This document shows, one piece after another, positions 8,809 to 15,825 of a stretch of 54,903 nucleotides of DNA (position 1 is its first letter; each line of letters opens with the position of its first letter). The notes below the pieces were generated by a model. That model worked only from the letters and a program-made list of their open reading frames with translations, was not told the origin of the DNA and did not search any database. Made by a program: the position numbers and the translations under genes. The stretch spans positions 1 through 54,903 of IMG/VR virus record IMGVR_UViG_3300005611_000036, one strand, 5' to 3'. The DNA is from a virus. Lineage: Duplodnaviria > Caudoviricetes.

Positions 8809-9005
8809 TACTTGGCAATTGAATCGGTTAGGTCGAATTCACTTATCCAAGTATAGCCACCCTTATTAAACCACGAGGTAATGGGTTTACGTTTGTCGTG
8901 TATAGCAAAGTTTAGTGGTAAGCTACCGATTTTGAAACCGATGAAGCGTTGGTGGTTAAACTTTACTTGTGGTCTTTTACTGAACTTTGTTACTTTTATA
9001 GTCAT
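8808..9005 (-). CDS. Hypothetical protein
   Basis: ORF track; downstream of promoter copy 5. Confidence 0.65.
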   Translation of the reverse strand: MTIKVTKFSKRPQVKFNHQRFIGFKIGSLPLNFAIHDKRKPITSWFNKGGYTWISEFDLTDSIAK

Positions 9006-9033
9006 AATTATTATTTTTAAATGTTATAAATAT

Positions 9034-9065
9034 ATTATCAACACCGGTTCGTGTTTAGTTTGTAA
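9034..9065 (-). promoter_or_regulatory. Class-I promoter motif, copy 5
   Basis: TTACAAACTAAACACGA-N9-GATAAT; its TAA is the stop of ORF 9055-9246. Confidence 0.8.
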
Positions 9066-9246
9066 TACCCTTTGCATATATGGTATTTGCTACACCGTTT
9101 CTAAATTGTTGTTCTTTTTCGCGGTAGCCTTCATCGGTACACCACTTCCGCCAAGCAGCGGTAATAGTGTTTGGGCCGTACTGTGCTTCAAATTCTTCAA
9201 TCTCACGTAGCTTTTCTGCAATAGCTAGTTCACTGTATTTTCCCAT
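9055..9246 (-). CDS. Hypothetical protein
   Basis: ORF track. Confidence 0.65.
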   Translation of the reverse strand: MGKYSELAIAEKLREIEEFEAQYGPNTITAAWRKWCTDEGYREKEQQFRNGVANTIYAKGITN

Positions 9247-9443
9247 TATTCGTTTATTAAATTTTCAATTTCGTACTCTAGTTGGTTAGTAATGTACTCC
9301 GCTAACTCAACTATATCTTGTAATCCCCGTAGCTCACTTTGAGACATTTCACCGGGGGTGTAATCACCTGACTCGATTGCATCAACGCAATCTTGCAAAT
9401 CGCGTGCAGTATTCTCCATTCTGCAATAACTCATATTTGCCAT
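9246..9443 (-). CDS. Hypothetical phage protein (NMSYCRxENT family)
   Basis: MANMSYCRMENTARDLQDC pattern. Confidence 0.7.
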   Translation of the reverse strand: MANMSYCRMENTARDLQDCVDAIESGDYTPGEMSQSELRGLQDIVELAEYITNQLEYEIENLINE

Positions 9444-9450
9444 ATCTATT

Positions 9451-9627
9451 CTATTTAGTGTTCATTTCTTCCCATATTTTTTCGACTACCGTGTACAATA
9501 TCTCACCGTGTAAGTCGTGCTTTTCTTCACCCCAGTGGTCATGACCTAACATATCGCTTAGGTAGTCACTGGTATGTTGGAATATACTGTCGTATACTCT
9601 TTTACTCATTGCTTCAAAACTATTCAT
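9451..9627 (-). CDS. Hypothetical 58-aa protein
   Basis: MNSFEAMSKRVYDSIFQH...EEMNTK, directly downstream of promoter copy 6. Confidence 0.65.
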   Translation of the reverse strand: MNSFEAMSKRVYDSIFQHTSDYLSDMLGHDHWGEEKHDLHGEILYTVVEKIWEEMNTK

Positions 9628-9648
9628 ATTATTATTTTTTACATTGTT

Positions 9649-9680
9649 ATTATCGTTCGGTAATCGTATTTAGTTTGTAA
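9649..9680 (-). promoter_or_regulatory. Class-I promoter motif, copy 6
   Basis: TTACAAACTAAATACGA-N9-GATAAT. Confidence 0.8.
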
Positions 9681-9684
9681 ATCG

Positions 9685-9795
9685 CTACCATCCTATTAGT
9701 TCTTCTAATTCGTCTGTACCTAACTCGATCAATTCAGTGAGGCACATATCGGTATTTGCCATTGCTACTTCTAGCATATATTCATATCTACTCAT
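9685..9795 (-). CDS. Hypothetical 36-aa acidic protein
   Basis: MSRYEYMLEVAMANTDMCLTELIELGTDELEELIGW; ATGA overlap. Confidence 0.55.
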   Translation of the reverse strand: MSRYEYMLEVAMANTDMCLTELIELGTDELEELIGW

Positions 9796-9995
9796 AACTC
9801 TATATTTTTTCTTAATTCATACCCTACATCTCTTATAACTGTTTTTACCAGCATATTTTTGTCTTCAGTATCTTCCCACACGCAATGTTTGTCAACAAAG
9901 GTGTAAGCATCTTTTACCATTACATCCCAGCCATCACTTCTGGCCACCTGTACGAACTCGTCTATACAGTCCTCATAAAATTTACTTATACTCAT
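9792..9995 (-). CDS. Hypothetical protein
   Basis: ORF track. Confidence 0.65.
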   Translation of the reverse strand: MSISKFYEDCIDEFVQVARSDGWDVMVKDAYTFVDKHCVWEDTEDKNMLVKTVIRDVGYELRKNIEL

Positions 9996-9997
9996 AA

Positions 9998-10111
9998 CTA
10001 TTCTTTTAACTGTTCTATTAGTTCACTTAACTCGGCAAAAGTCATTTCATCTATTTGTTCTCTTGTATACTCGTCTTTAAACTTTTCATATACTCTATCC
10101 CATATATTCAT
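9998..10111 (-). CDS. Hypothetical 37-aa protein
   Basis: MNIWDRVYEKFKDEYTREQIDEMTFAELSELIEQLKE; ATGA overlap. Confidence 0.6.
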   Translation of the reverse strand: MNIWDRVYEKFKDEYTREQIDEMTFAELSELIEQLKE

Positions 10112-10359
10112 AACTGTTCATTTATTTTATCTTCCACTTGTTCGAGTAGATCTAGGTAAAGTGCACGCATATCCGCTTCATCACTCCAATCACACTCGTC
10201 TGCTACATACTTGTATATTTCAAAAGCAGTACCTGCCCAGCCATTACCAAACTCACAATTTCGAAATCCGGTAACATAGTAATCAATAGTATCACTATCC
10301 CAATAAAATTTATTTTCACTAAACTTTTTTTGAACGTAGTCGTGTAATTTTTCACTCAT
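10108..10359 (-). CDS. Hypothetical protein
   Basis: ORF track. Confidence 0.65.
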   Translation of the reverse strand: MSEKLHDYVQKKFSENKFYWDSDTIDYYVTGFRNCEFGNGWAGTAFEIYKYVADECDWSDEADMRALYLDLLEQVEDKINEQL

Positions 10360-10477
10360 CTTCGTATGTTTTTATTTCACCTTTATCATTACTTTTCATA
10401 AATTCACTTCCGAACATCAGAGTGAAGTATGCGGCTTCAGTATAGTACTCACCTTCGTGTTTATATAATTTACTCAT
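10352..10477 (-). CDS. Hypothetical 41-aa protein
   Basis: MSKLYKHEGEYYTEAAYFTLMFGSEFMKSNDKGEIKTYEDE; first ORF after promoter copy 7. Confidence 0.6.
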   Translation of the reverse strand: MSKLYKHEGEYYTEAAYFTLMFGSEFMKSNDKGEIKTYEDE

Positions 10478-10502
10478 CTTAGTATTTTTAAAATTCATAT
10501 AT

Positions 10503-10534
10503 ATTATCTTTCGGTGGTCGTGTTTAGTTTGTAA
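10503..10534 (-). promoter_or_regulatory. Class-I promoter motif, copy 7
   Basis: TTACAAACTAAACACGA-N9-GATAAT. Confidence 0.8.
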
Positions 10535-10616
10535 TAAAAGTGGGTGAAGTGTTTACAAGAATAAAATAGTATACAGATGTAACACCATACCTCTAAGCGT
10601 AAAAGTGATGAAAAGT

Positions 10617-10662
10617 GTGACATTAGGGTGTTAATATAGGTAATATAACAGGCTAGTGTCGC
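10617..10662. promoter_or_regulatory. Spaced inverted repeat, copy 2 (GTGACATTAGG-N24-GCTAGTGTCGC)
   Basis: Arms extend to AAAGTGTGAC...GTCGCACTTT; intergenic. Confidence 0.65.
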
Positions 10663-10721
10663 ACTTTACGCTACTAATCTCTTGCTTACTGATCTAATCT
10701 TTTGCATACCTCACCGCACTT

Positions 10722-10743
10722 TGCTATACACAATGCTATACAC
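10722..10743 (+). repeat. Tandem TGCTATACAC boxes (12-bp period)
   Basis: Copies at 10722 and 10734. Confidence 0.7.
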
Positions 10744-10782
10744 TCTTGGGAAGAGTGCATTACTTTGGTAAGGTGTGAAGTT

Positions 10783-11034
10783 CTATTTTACTAGAACCTC
10801 ATCACCTAACTCTCTTACAAACTTAGGCAGTGCGAAAGTTTGAGAGTAGTACTTGTATTTTTGGAAACACTTCATTGTGTCAAACCTTTCTTTACATAAC
10901 TCATATACTTTGTCATGTGAATACTTGTGTACTTTACCGTCATAGTCTTTAAACTCGACTACTATTCCTTTACCTATTAGACTCTTTCTAATGATAAACC
11001 TTTTACTTACTAGTGTATTTACTTTTGTTTTCAT
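10783..11034 (-). CDS. Early protein, paralogue A
   Basis: 58 of 70 core residues identical to 11653-11904 (manual count). Confidence 0.8.
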   Translation of the reverse strand: MKTKVNTLVSKRFIIRKSLIGKGIVVEFKDYDGKVHKYSHDKVYELCKERFDTMKCFQKYKYYSQTFALPKFVRELGDEVLVK

Positions 11035-11060
11035 ATTTATTAATTTTTAAATTCACTTAT

Positions 11061-11092
11061 ATTATCTTCTATCCTTCGTGTTTAGTTTGTAA
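11061..11092 (-). promoter_or_regulatory. Class-I promoter motif, copy 8
   Basis: TTACAAACTAAACACGA-N9-GATAAT. Confidence 0.8.
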
Positions 11093-11126
11093 AAGCAATT
11101 ACAAGAAGAACACGGCGGTGCGGTGA

Positions 11127-11148
11127 TGCTATACGCGTTGCTATACAC
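11127..11148 (+). repeat. Tandem TGCTATAC(G/A)C boxes (12-bp period)
   Basis: Copies at 11127 and 11139. Confidence 0.7.
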
Positions 11149-11183
11149 CTCCGGTGGAGGTTTAGTAAGATTTGGGGTTTAGG

Positions 11184-11423
11184 TTATAGCTTGTCTAATA
11201 TATATTCAGCTAAGTCATTTTTATCCCATTGCATCAAGACTTCATAGTTTAGTTCAGGGCTTTGACTATTTAGTTCTTGCTGCAGCTTTAGCTCAGACTG
11301 ATAAATTTTATTTAACTCTTCTTGTATGTATTCAATTGAGTATTGAATGCAAAGGTATTGGTCATTTGAGACTTGATTAATTAAGTTAGTTAATTTTTTG
11401 TTTAGGTTTAGTTTAGTAGACAT
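11184..11423 (-). CDS. Hypothetical early protein
   Basis: ORF track; has its own promoter (copy 9). Confidence 0.65.
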   Translation of the reverse strand: MSTKLNLNKKLTNLINQVSNDQYLCIQYSIEYIQEELNKIYQSELKLQQELNSQSPELNYEVLMQWDKNDLAEYILDKL

Positions 11424-11448
11424 ATTATTTATTTTTATATTCAGTTAT

Positions 11449-11480
11449 ATTATCTAGGTATAGTCGTGTTAGGCTTGTGA
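11449..11480 (-). promoter_or_regulatory. Class-I promoter motif, copy 9 (variant)
   Basis: TCACAAGCCTAACACGA-N9-GATAAT. Confidence 0.7.
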
Positions 11481-11527
11481 TTAGTTTGGCACAGTTTTTG
11501 CTATACACGGGGCGGGGCCCCTGTGCT

Positions 11528-11653
11528 TTACACTCGGAACCCCGGATCCGTGATCAGCTTAATAGCTGCAAAGATGATACCTGAACCCGCTAGGGCCAGA
11601 TAGACGCCGATTATCGCACCGACGACTATCTGCTTGTGGCTGAAGCGACGCAT
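11528..11653 (-). CDS. 41-aa single-pass membrane protein
   Basis: MRRFSHKQIVVGAIIGVYLALAGSGIIFAAIKLITDPGFRV; TAATG-coupled to paralogue B. Confidence 0.65.
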   Translation of the reverse strand: MRRFSHKQIVVGAIIGVYLALAGSGIIFAAIKLITDPGFRV

Positions 11654-11904
11654 TAGATTACGTCTGCTTTATCCATTTCACGCACGAACTTTGGCAGGGC
11701 GAACGTCTGGCTGTAATACTTGTACTTCTTGAAGCACGCCATGTTGTCGAAGCGCTCTTTGTGGAACTCGTACACTTTATCGTGATTGTACTTGTGTACT
11801 TTGCCATCGTAGTCTGTGAAGCTTACGATTACTCCCTGACCGATTAGGGACTTGCGGATGATGAATCTTTTGGAGATTAGTGTGTTTTGTTTTTTATTTG
11901 ACAT
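11653..11904 (-). CDS. Early protein, paralogue B
   Basis: Paralogue of 10783-11034 with GC-richer synonymous codons. Confidence 0.8.
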   Translation of the reverse strand: MSNKKQNTLISKRFIIRKSLIGQGVIVSFTDYDGKVHKYNHDKVYEFHKERFDNMACFKKYKYYSQTFALPKFVREMDKADVI

Positions 11905-11934
11905 GATATTTAATTTTAATTGTTTTACATTTAT

Positions 11935-11966
11935 ATTATCTACTTAACTTCGTGTTAACTTTGTAA
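11935..11966 (-). promoter_or_regulatory. Class-I promoter motif, copy 10 (variant)
   Basis: TTACAAAGTTAACACGA-N9-GATAAT. Confidence 0.75.
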
Positions 11967-12110
11967 GATCTCGTGACCGATGATCTTGCTCTCAAGCTCA
12001 TGCTTTGACATGAAGCGGAGGTAGTTGTCCAGGTGTGACTGGCTCTGGAAGAGCTGCACGCGGCTGCTGTAATTACCCAGCCAATTCTTTTTATCTATTC
12101 GTACTAACAT
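11955..12110 (-). CDS. 51-aa first gene of the early arm
   Basis: MLVRIDKKNWLGNYSSRVQLFQSQSHLDNYLRFMSKHELESKIIGHEILQS; follows promoter copy 11 and stops inside copy 10. Confidence 0.65.
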   Translation of the reverse strand: MLVRIDKKNWLGNYSSRVQLFQSQSHLDNYLRFMSKHELESKIIGHEILQS

Positions 12111-12135
12111 ATTATTTAATTTTAAATTCATATAT

Positions 12136-12167
12136 ATTATCGAGTGAGGTTCGTGTTAGGCTTGTAA
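12136..12167 (-). promoter_or_regulatory. Class-I promoter motif, copy 11 (variant)
   Basis: TTACAAGCCTAACACGA-N9-GATAAT. Confidence 0.75.
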
Positions 12168-12170
12168 AAA

Positions 12171-12206
12171 TGCTATACGCGTTGCTACGCACGCTGTGCT
12201 GCGCAC
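12171..12206 (+). repeat. Degenerating run of TGCT..C.C boxes
   Basis: TGCTATACGC (12171), TGCTACGCAC (12183), TGCTGCGCAC (12197). Confidence 0.6.
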
Positions 12207-12412
12207 GCTGCTGTGTCCAGCGGAAAAGCCAGAATCCTGCACGGGATCGCGATAGCTAGCAGTTGCATGCCCGCAACGCAGTTACCAGGAAACCCGGATC
12301 GTAACCGGAAAACGCACGCGGGGCTGGGTAAAAAGATTTAGCTTTAGTTTAGCACGGCGTATTGTAAAAATGTGTATGTAACCTATTAGTTCCCTATATC
12401 TCACAAGAAAAT

Positions 12413-12457
12413 GTGACATTAGCTTACTAAGTATATTTAATAGTAGGCTACCGTCAT
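12413..12457. promoter_or_regulatory. Spaced inverted repeat, copy 3 (GTGACATTAGC-N23-GCTACCGTCAT)
   Basis: Just upstream of the first late-arm gene. Confidence 0.6.
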
Positions 12458-12479
12458 GGTGTAAGAAAATATAACTATC

Positions 12480-12494
12480 TGTAATATAACATAT
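12480..12494 (+). promoter_or_regulatory. Class-II promoter candidate, TGTAAT-N9-ATG
   Basis: 9 nt before ATG 12495. Confidence 0.55.
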
Positions 12495-12731
12495 ATGGCA
12501 AAACAGAAACTATCAAGAAGAGCTGCCGCTGCTAAGAAGAAGCGAGATCTTGCATATGCAAATTCGGACAGAAGAAAGAAGATGCGTGCAGAGAATCAAA
12601 GACTCAGAAGAGCAGCATTAAAAATGGGTAAGAAGATTGATGGTAAAGACTATGACCATAAAACCAAACGTTTCGTGTCTGTGAAGAAAAACAGAGGCGG
12701 TCACGGGCGTGGAACCAAAAGAGAAGGATAA
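12495..12731 (+). CDS. Small basic protein with truncated HNH-like motif
   Basis: K/R-rich; DGKDYDH..VSVKKNRG resembles a shortened phage HNH. Confidence 0.6.
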   Translation: MAKQKLSRRAAAAKKKRDLAYANSDRRKKMRAENQRLRRAALKMGKKIDGKDYDHKTKRFVSVKKNRGGHGRGTKREG

Positions 12732-12757
12732 ACTGCCTCTACAAAACCAAAACCAAA

Positions 12758-13042
12758 ATGACATACTATTATTACCAAAGTACGACTACCACAGATGGTA
12801 GCGTATCCGAAGAAACCAGAAAACTTTGGGAGCATATCTCCGATAAGTCTAACTGGCGCATAGTTCAGCTACCGAATGGGTATTACCAAGCTGAATACAA
12901 CAAAGAAGGCAAATGGGTTGACACCACGCGCCGTGAAACAGTGCAAGGAGCAGAAGCTGCTATAGATGCATCGATAGAGCACTATAAGAAAAAGCTAGCC
13001 TATGCAAACGGCCCTGTTGTTGTAAAAACATTCGACAAATAA
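12758..13042 (+). CDS. Hypothetical phage protein
   Basis: ORF track. Confidence 0.75.
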   Translation: MTYYYYQSTTTTDGSVSEETRKLWEHISDKSNWRIVQLPNGYYQAEYNKEGKWVDTTRRETVQGAEAAIDASIEHYKKKLAYANGPVVVKTFDK

Positions 13043-13064
13043 CAATCAATTACAATTTAATTAA

Positions 13065-14630
13065 ATGGAATATAATCAACCAAGCCAGATTGTAAAAGAT
13101 TTGGCGTTTGGCGAATCTGCCAGAGATAAAGTAATGGTCGGGGTGCAAAAGCTAACCGACGCAGTAAAATCAACATTAGGCGCTTCAGGTAAATGTGTTA
13201 TCTATGAAGATGCTATGGGAAAACCGGTGATTACAAAAGATGGTGTAACCGTTGCGGAAAGCGTAGTCTTATATGATCCGGTTGAAAACATAGGCGCAAC
13301 ACTTATAAAAGAAGCGGCTAAGAATACAGTGAGAGAAGCAGGTGACGGTACCACTACGGCGACCGTCCTTGCTCACTCGCTATTAAATAAAGCAAATGCT
13401 AAAGAAGCAGGGAACAATGCTAGAGACATCAAATCTGGCATGTTTAAAGGACTGTCTAAGGTAAATGATTACCTAGACAAAATAAGCGTCCCAGTTGAAG
13501 GTGATATGCTTTATAATGTTGCAGCGATTAGTTGTAACAACGATACAACCCTCGGAGGCCTTATAGCCGATGCGTTTACAAAAGTTGGTAAAGACGGCGT
13601 TGTGCTAATGGAAGAGTCCGATACAAACGAAACGTATATAGACTTTGTAGAAGGCACACAACTTAAGTGCGGATTAAAATCGCCGCATCTTATAACGGAC
13701 AAAGACAAGGGTACAGCTGTTTTAGATAACCCATATGTCCTTATTGTATCTTCACCTATAGCAAACATTAGAAAAATCCAAAGCGTTCTAGAACACGTTA
13801 TAAAGCAAAAACGTAGTTTGCTAATTGTTGCCTCGGTTGAGCAGCAGCCAATGGCCGCGTTACTGGCTAACAAAGTAAAGGGCAATATTAAGGTAAATAT
13901 AATCGACCCTCCGGGATTTGGGCCAACCAAGCAAGATACGATTGAAGATCTAGCGTTTTTAACAGGTGCTAAGGTTATAAACGAAGAGCTAGGTGATGAT
14001 TTAGATCTTATCGACCCTTCGGTGCTAGGTGAAGCTGTAAAAGCAATTACAGATGAAAACACTACGGTGCTTCAGACAATTGATCTGGGTGTTGAGTTCA
14101 ATGAAAGACTCGAACAGATTGATAAGAAGATTTCAGAAGAGTCTAATCCGTATTTTAAGAAACGACTGCAAGAAAGAGCAGCAATGTTGAATGGCGCAGT
14201 CGGAATCGTAAAAATCGGGGCCGATTCTAAAGTTGAGCTTAAAGAAAAGAAAGACAGAGTTGAAGATGCTATTTATGCTGTAAAAGCAGCGCTGCAAGAA
14301 GGTATTGTACCAGGCGGTGGTATCGCACTTCTAAATGCTTCGCAAAAAATCAAGCCCTCCGGGCTAGGTGAAGAAATAGTGCTCGATGCTATTAAAGCGC
14401 CATTTAAAACAATACTTGAAAATGCAGGTATTGAAATGGATGAATTTACGGGGACTGCCGGAAGGGGTATTGATGTAACATCGGGCAAAGTAATTAATAT
14501 GGTAAAAGCTGGTATTATAGATCCAGTGCTTGTAACAAAGACTGCGCTTAAAAACGCGGTATCTGTTGCTACAACCATATTCTCGGCTGATTGTGTAATT
14601 TCAAATATGAGAACAAATGCAGGCGATTAA
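13065..14630 (+). CDS. groEL: Chaperonin GroEL (phage-encoded)
   Basis: ITKDGVTVA, AGDGTTTATVLA, KVGKDGV, EKKDRVEDA, GIVPGGG, GIIDP; no GGM tail. Confidence 0.97.
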   Translation: MEYNQPSQIVKDLAFGESARDKVMVGVQKLTDAVKSTLGASGKCVIYEDAMGKPVITKDGVTVAESVVLYDPVENIGATLIKEAAKNTVREAGDGTTTATVLAHSLLNKANAKEAGNNARDIKSGMFKGLSKVNDYLDKISVPVEGDMLYNVAAISCNNDTTLGGLIADAFTKVGKDGVVLMEESDTNETYIDFVEGTQLKCGLKSPHLITDKDKGTAVLDNPYVLIVSSPIANIRKIQSVLEHVIKQKRSLLIVASVEQQPMAALLANKVKGNIKVNIIDPPGFGPTKQDTIEDLAFLTGAKVINEELGDDLDLIDPSVLGEAVKAITDENTTVLQTIDLGVEFNERLEQIDKKISEESNPYFKKRLQERAAMLNGAVGIVKIGADSKVELKEKKDRVEDAIYAVKAALQEGIVPGGGIALLNASQKIKPSGLGEEIVLDAIKAPFKTILENAGIEMDEFTGTAGRGIDVTSGKVINMVKAGIIDPVLVTKTALKNAVSVATTIFSADCVISNMRTNAGD

Positions 14631-14874
14631 TTATTTTGTAGTTATAGAAAAAATAAAAGAAGCACCGAAAACGGTTGGCGGGCTTGAACTAACGGAAACG
14701 CAAAACAGTGACGTTAGGTACTTAAAAGGTAGAGTAATATCTGCCGGGGATCAAGTTACGATGCTAAAAGAAGGTGATGTGGTGTACTACGACAAGCACA
14801 ACGGGCATGGCATACAATGGAAAGATAAGTTATACCATGTACTAAAGCTTGGCGATATTGTTCTTGTAGAATGA
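14617..14874 (+). CDS. groES: Co-chaperonin GroES
   Basis: KTVGGLEL mobile loop, GRVISAG, LKEGDVVYY; adjacent to groEL. Confidence 0.9.
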   Translation: MQAINYFVVIEKIKEAPKTVGGLELTETQNSDVRYLKGRVISAGDQVTMLKEGDVVYYDKHNGHGIQWKDKLYHVLKLGDIVLVE

Positions 14875-15311
14875 GGTTAGAAGCTTCTGACATAAGAGAC
14901 ATGAATTTACTTAAGTATTACAGGCTCATTCGCAAGTGGGCCTGTAAAACTTATAACCTAAAAGACGCTGATCTTGAATTATTAATATATCTGGATTGCA
15001 AAAATCGATTTACACGTAATGATTTCATAGACGGCGAGTACACTTATTCTTGGGATAAAGATAGGTGGGAACGTCTCAGACGCGAGGGCTGGATAGAGGT
15101 TTGGCGCCATCGCAACCGTACTACAATTAAATATTCTATATTTCAAACCTCCCAGAAATGCAAACGCTTAATTAGCAGAATGTATAGAATAATGCTCGGC
15201 GAAGAAGACTTACCAACGTCAGAGCGGAGCATATTTTACAAAAACAAAACATACACAGATAAAGTCTATAACAAAGCTATAGACGATATGATTAAAGATT
15301 CAGAACGATAA
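14871..15311 (+). CDS. Hypothetical protein, possible winged-helix DNA-binding fold
   Basis: YNLKDADLELLIYL..WERLRREGWIEVW..SIFQTSQKCKRL, MarR-like spacing. Confidence 0.55.
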   Translation: MRLEASDIRDMNLLKYYRLIRKWACKTYNLKDADLELLIYLDCKNRFTRNDFIDGEYTYSWDKDRWERLRREGWIEVWRHRNRTTIKYSIFQTSQKCKRLISRMYRIMLGEEDLPTSERSIFYKNKTYTDKVYNKAIDDMIKDSER

Positions 15312-15321
15312 AATAAATATT

Positions 15322-15420
15322 ATGCCAGGTAAAAGTAAAAAAGGCGGAGGCCTTATGACAAAAAAAAGTTACAAGAAGTCTTACGGTTCTAAAAAGACAA
15401 TGACTAAAAAGAAAAAGTAA
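15322..15420 (+). CDS. 32-aa lysine-rich peptide
   Basis: MPGKSKKGGGLMTKKSYKKSYGSKKTMTKKKK. Confidence 0.55.
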   Translation: MPGKSKKGGGLMTKKSYKKSYGSKKTMTKKKK

Positions 15421-15422
15421 TC

Positions 15423-15710
15423 ATGCCAAGTAAAAACGCACCTTCAAGAAAAAAATCTCTTGGTTATTATGCTAAAGTTAAAAAAGGCGGCGGTACTGGC
15501 AAAGATGCCGGTGGCGGAATGACCGCTAAAGGCGTTGCTAAATATAGAAAAGATAACCCAGGCAGTAAGCTAAAAACCGCTGTGACTACGCCACCATCTA
15601 AACTTAAAAAAGGAAGTAAGGCATGGAAGCGTAGAAAAGCATTTTGTGCACGTTCAAAAAGCTGGACCAGTGAAAGAGGCAAGGCTGCTCGTAGAAAATG
15701 GAATTGCTAA
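15423..15710 (+). CDS. Small basic phage protein (DUF6321-like)
   Basis: GGMTAKGVAKYRKDNPGSKLKTAVT..RRKAFCAR..RRKWNC. Confidence 0.7.
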   Translation: MPSKNAPSRKKSLGYYAKVKKGGGTGKDAGGGMTAKGVAKYRKDNPGSKLKTAVTTPPSKLKKGSKAWKRRKAFCARSKSWTSERGKAARRKWNC

Positions 15711-15714
15711 TATT

Positions 15715-15825
15715 ATGAAAAAACTATCACCAGCACAAAAAAAGCTTGCAAGAGCTGCAAAGCCATATAATAAAATTACAGGTGCAGATTTTAAAGCACT
15801 TAAAAAAAGAAAAAAACGTAAATGA
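15715..15825 (+). CDS. 36-aa basic peptide
   Basis: MKKLSPAQKKLARAAKPYNKITGADFKALKKRKKRK. Confidence 0.6.
   Translation: MKKLSPAQKKLARAAKPYNKITGADFKALKKRKKRK

Noticed and set aside
5532-12167. The 32-bp repeats as a CRISPR array or integron attC sites
   Set aside because: Spacing is 200-1200 bp and filled with genes, the repeat has a variable N9 core and no dyad, and no cas or integrase gene is visible
5532-12167. Plus-strand TTAGTTTG read as the Bacteroidota -7 promoter element (TAnnTTTG)
   Set aside because: It mismatches at the conserved TA and would point antisense to every gene; the ATG spacing supports the minus-strand reading
12035-12259. Plus-strand 74-aa ORF at the divergence point
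   Set aside because: It overlaps a better minus-strand ORF, promoter copy 11 and the repeat tract
10535-12494. tRNA genes or an attP/integration module in the intergenic gaps
   Set aside because: No cloverleaf or T-loop consensus recognised and no integrase in the window; tRNAscan/Infernal would be needed to exclude them formally
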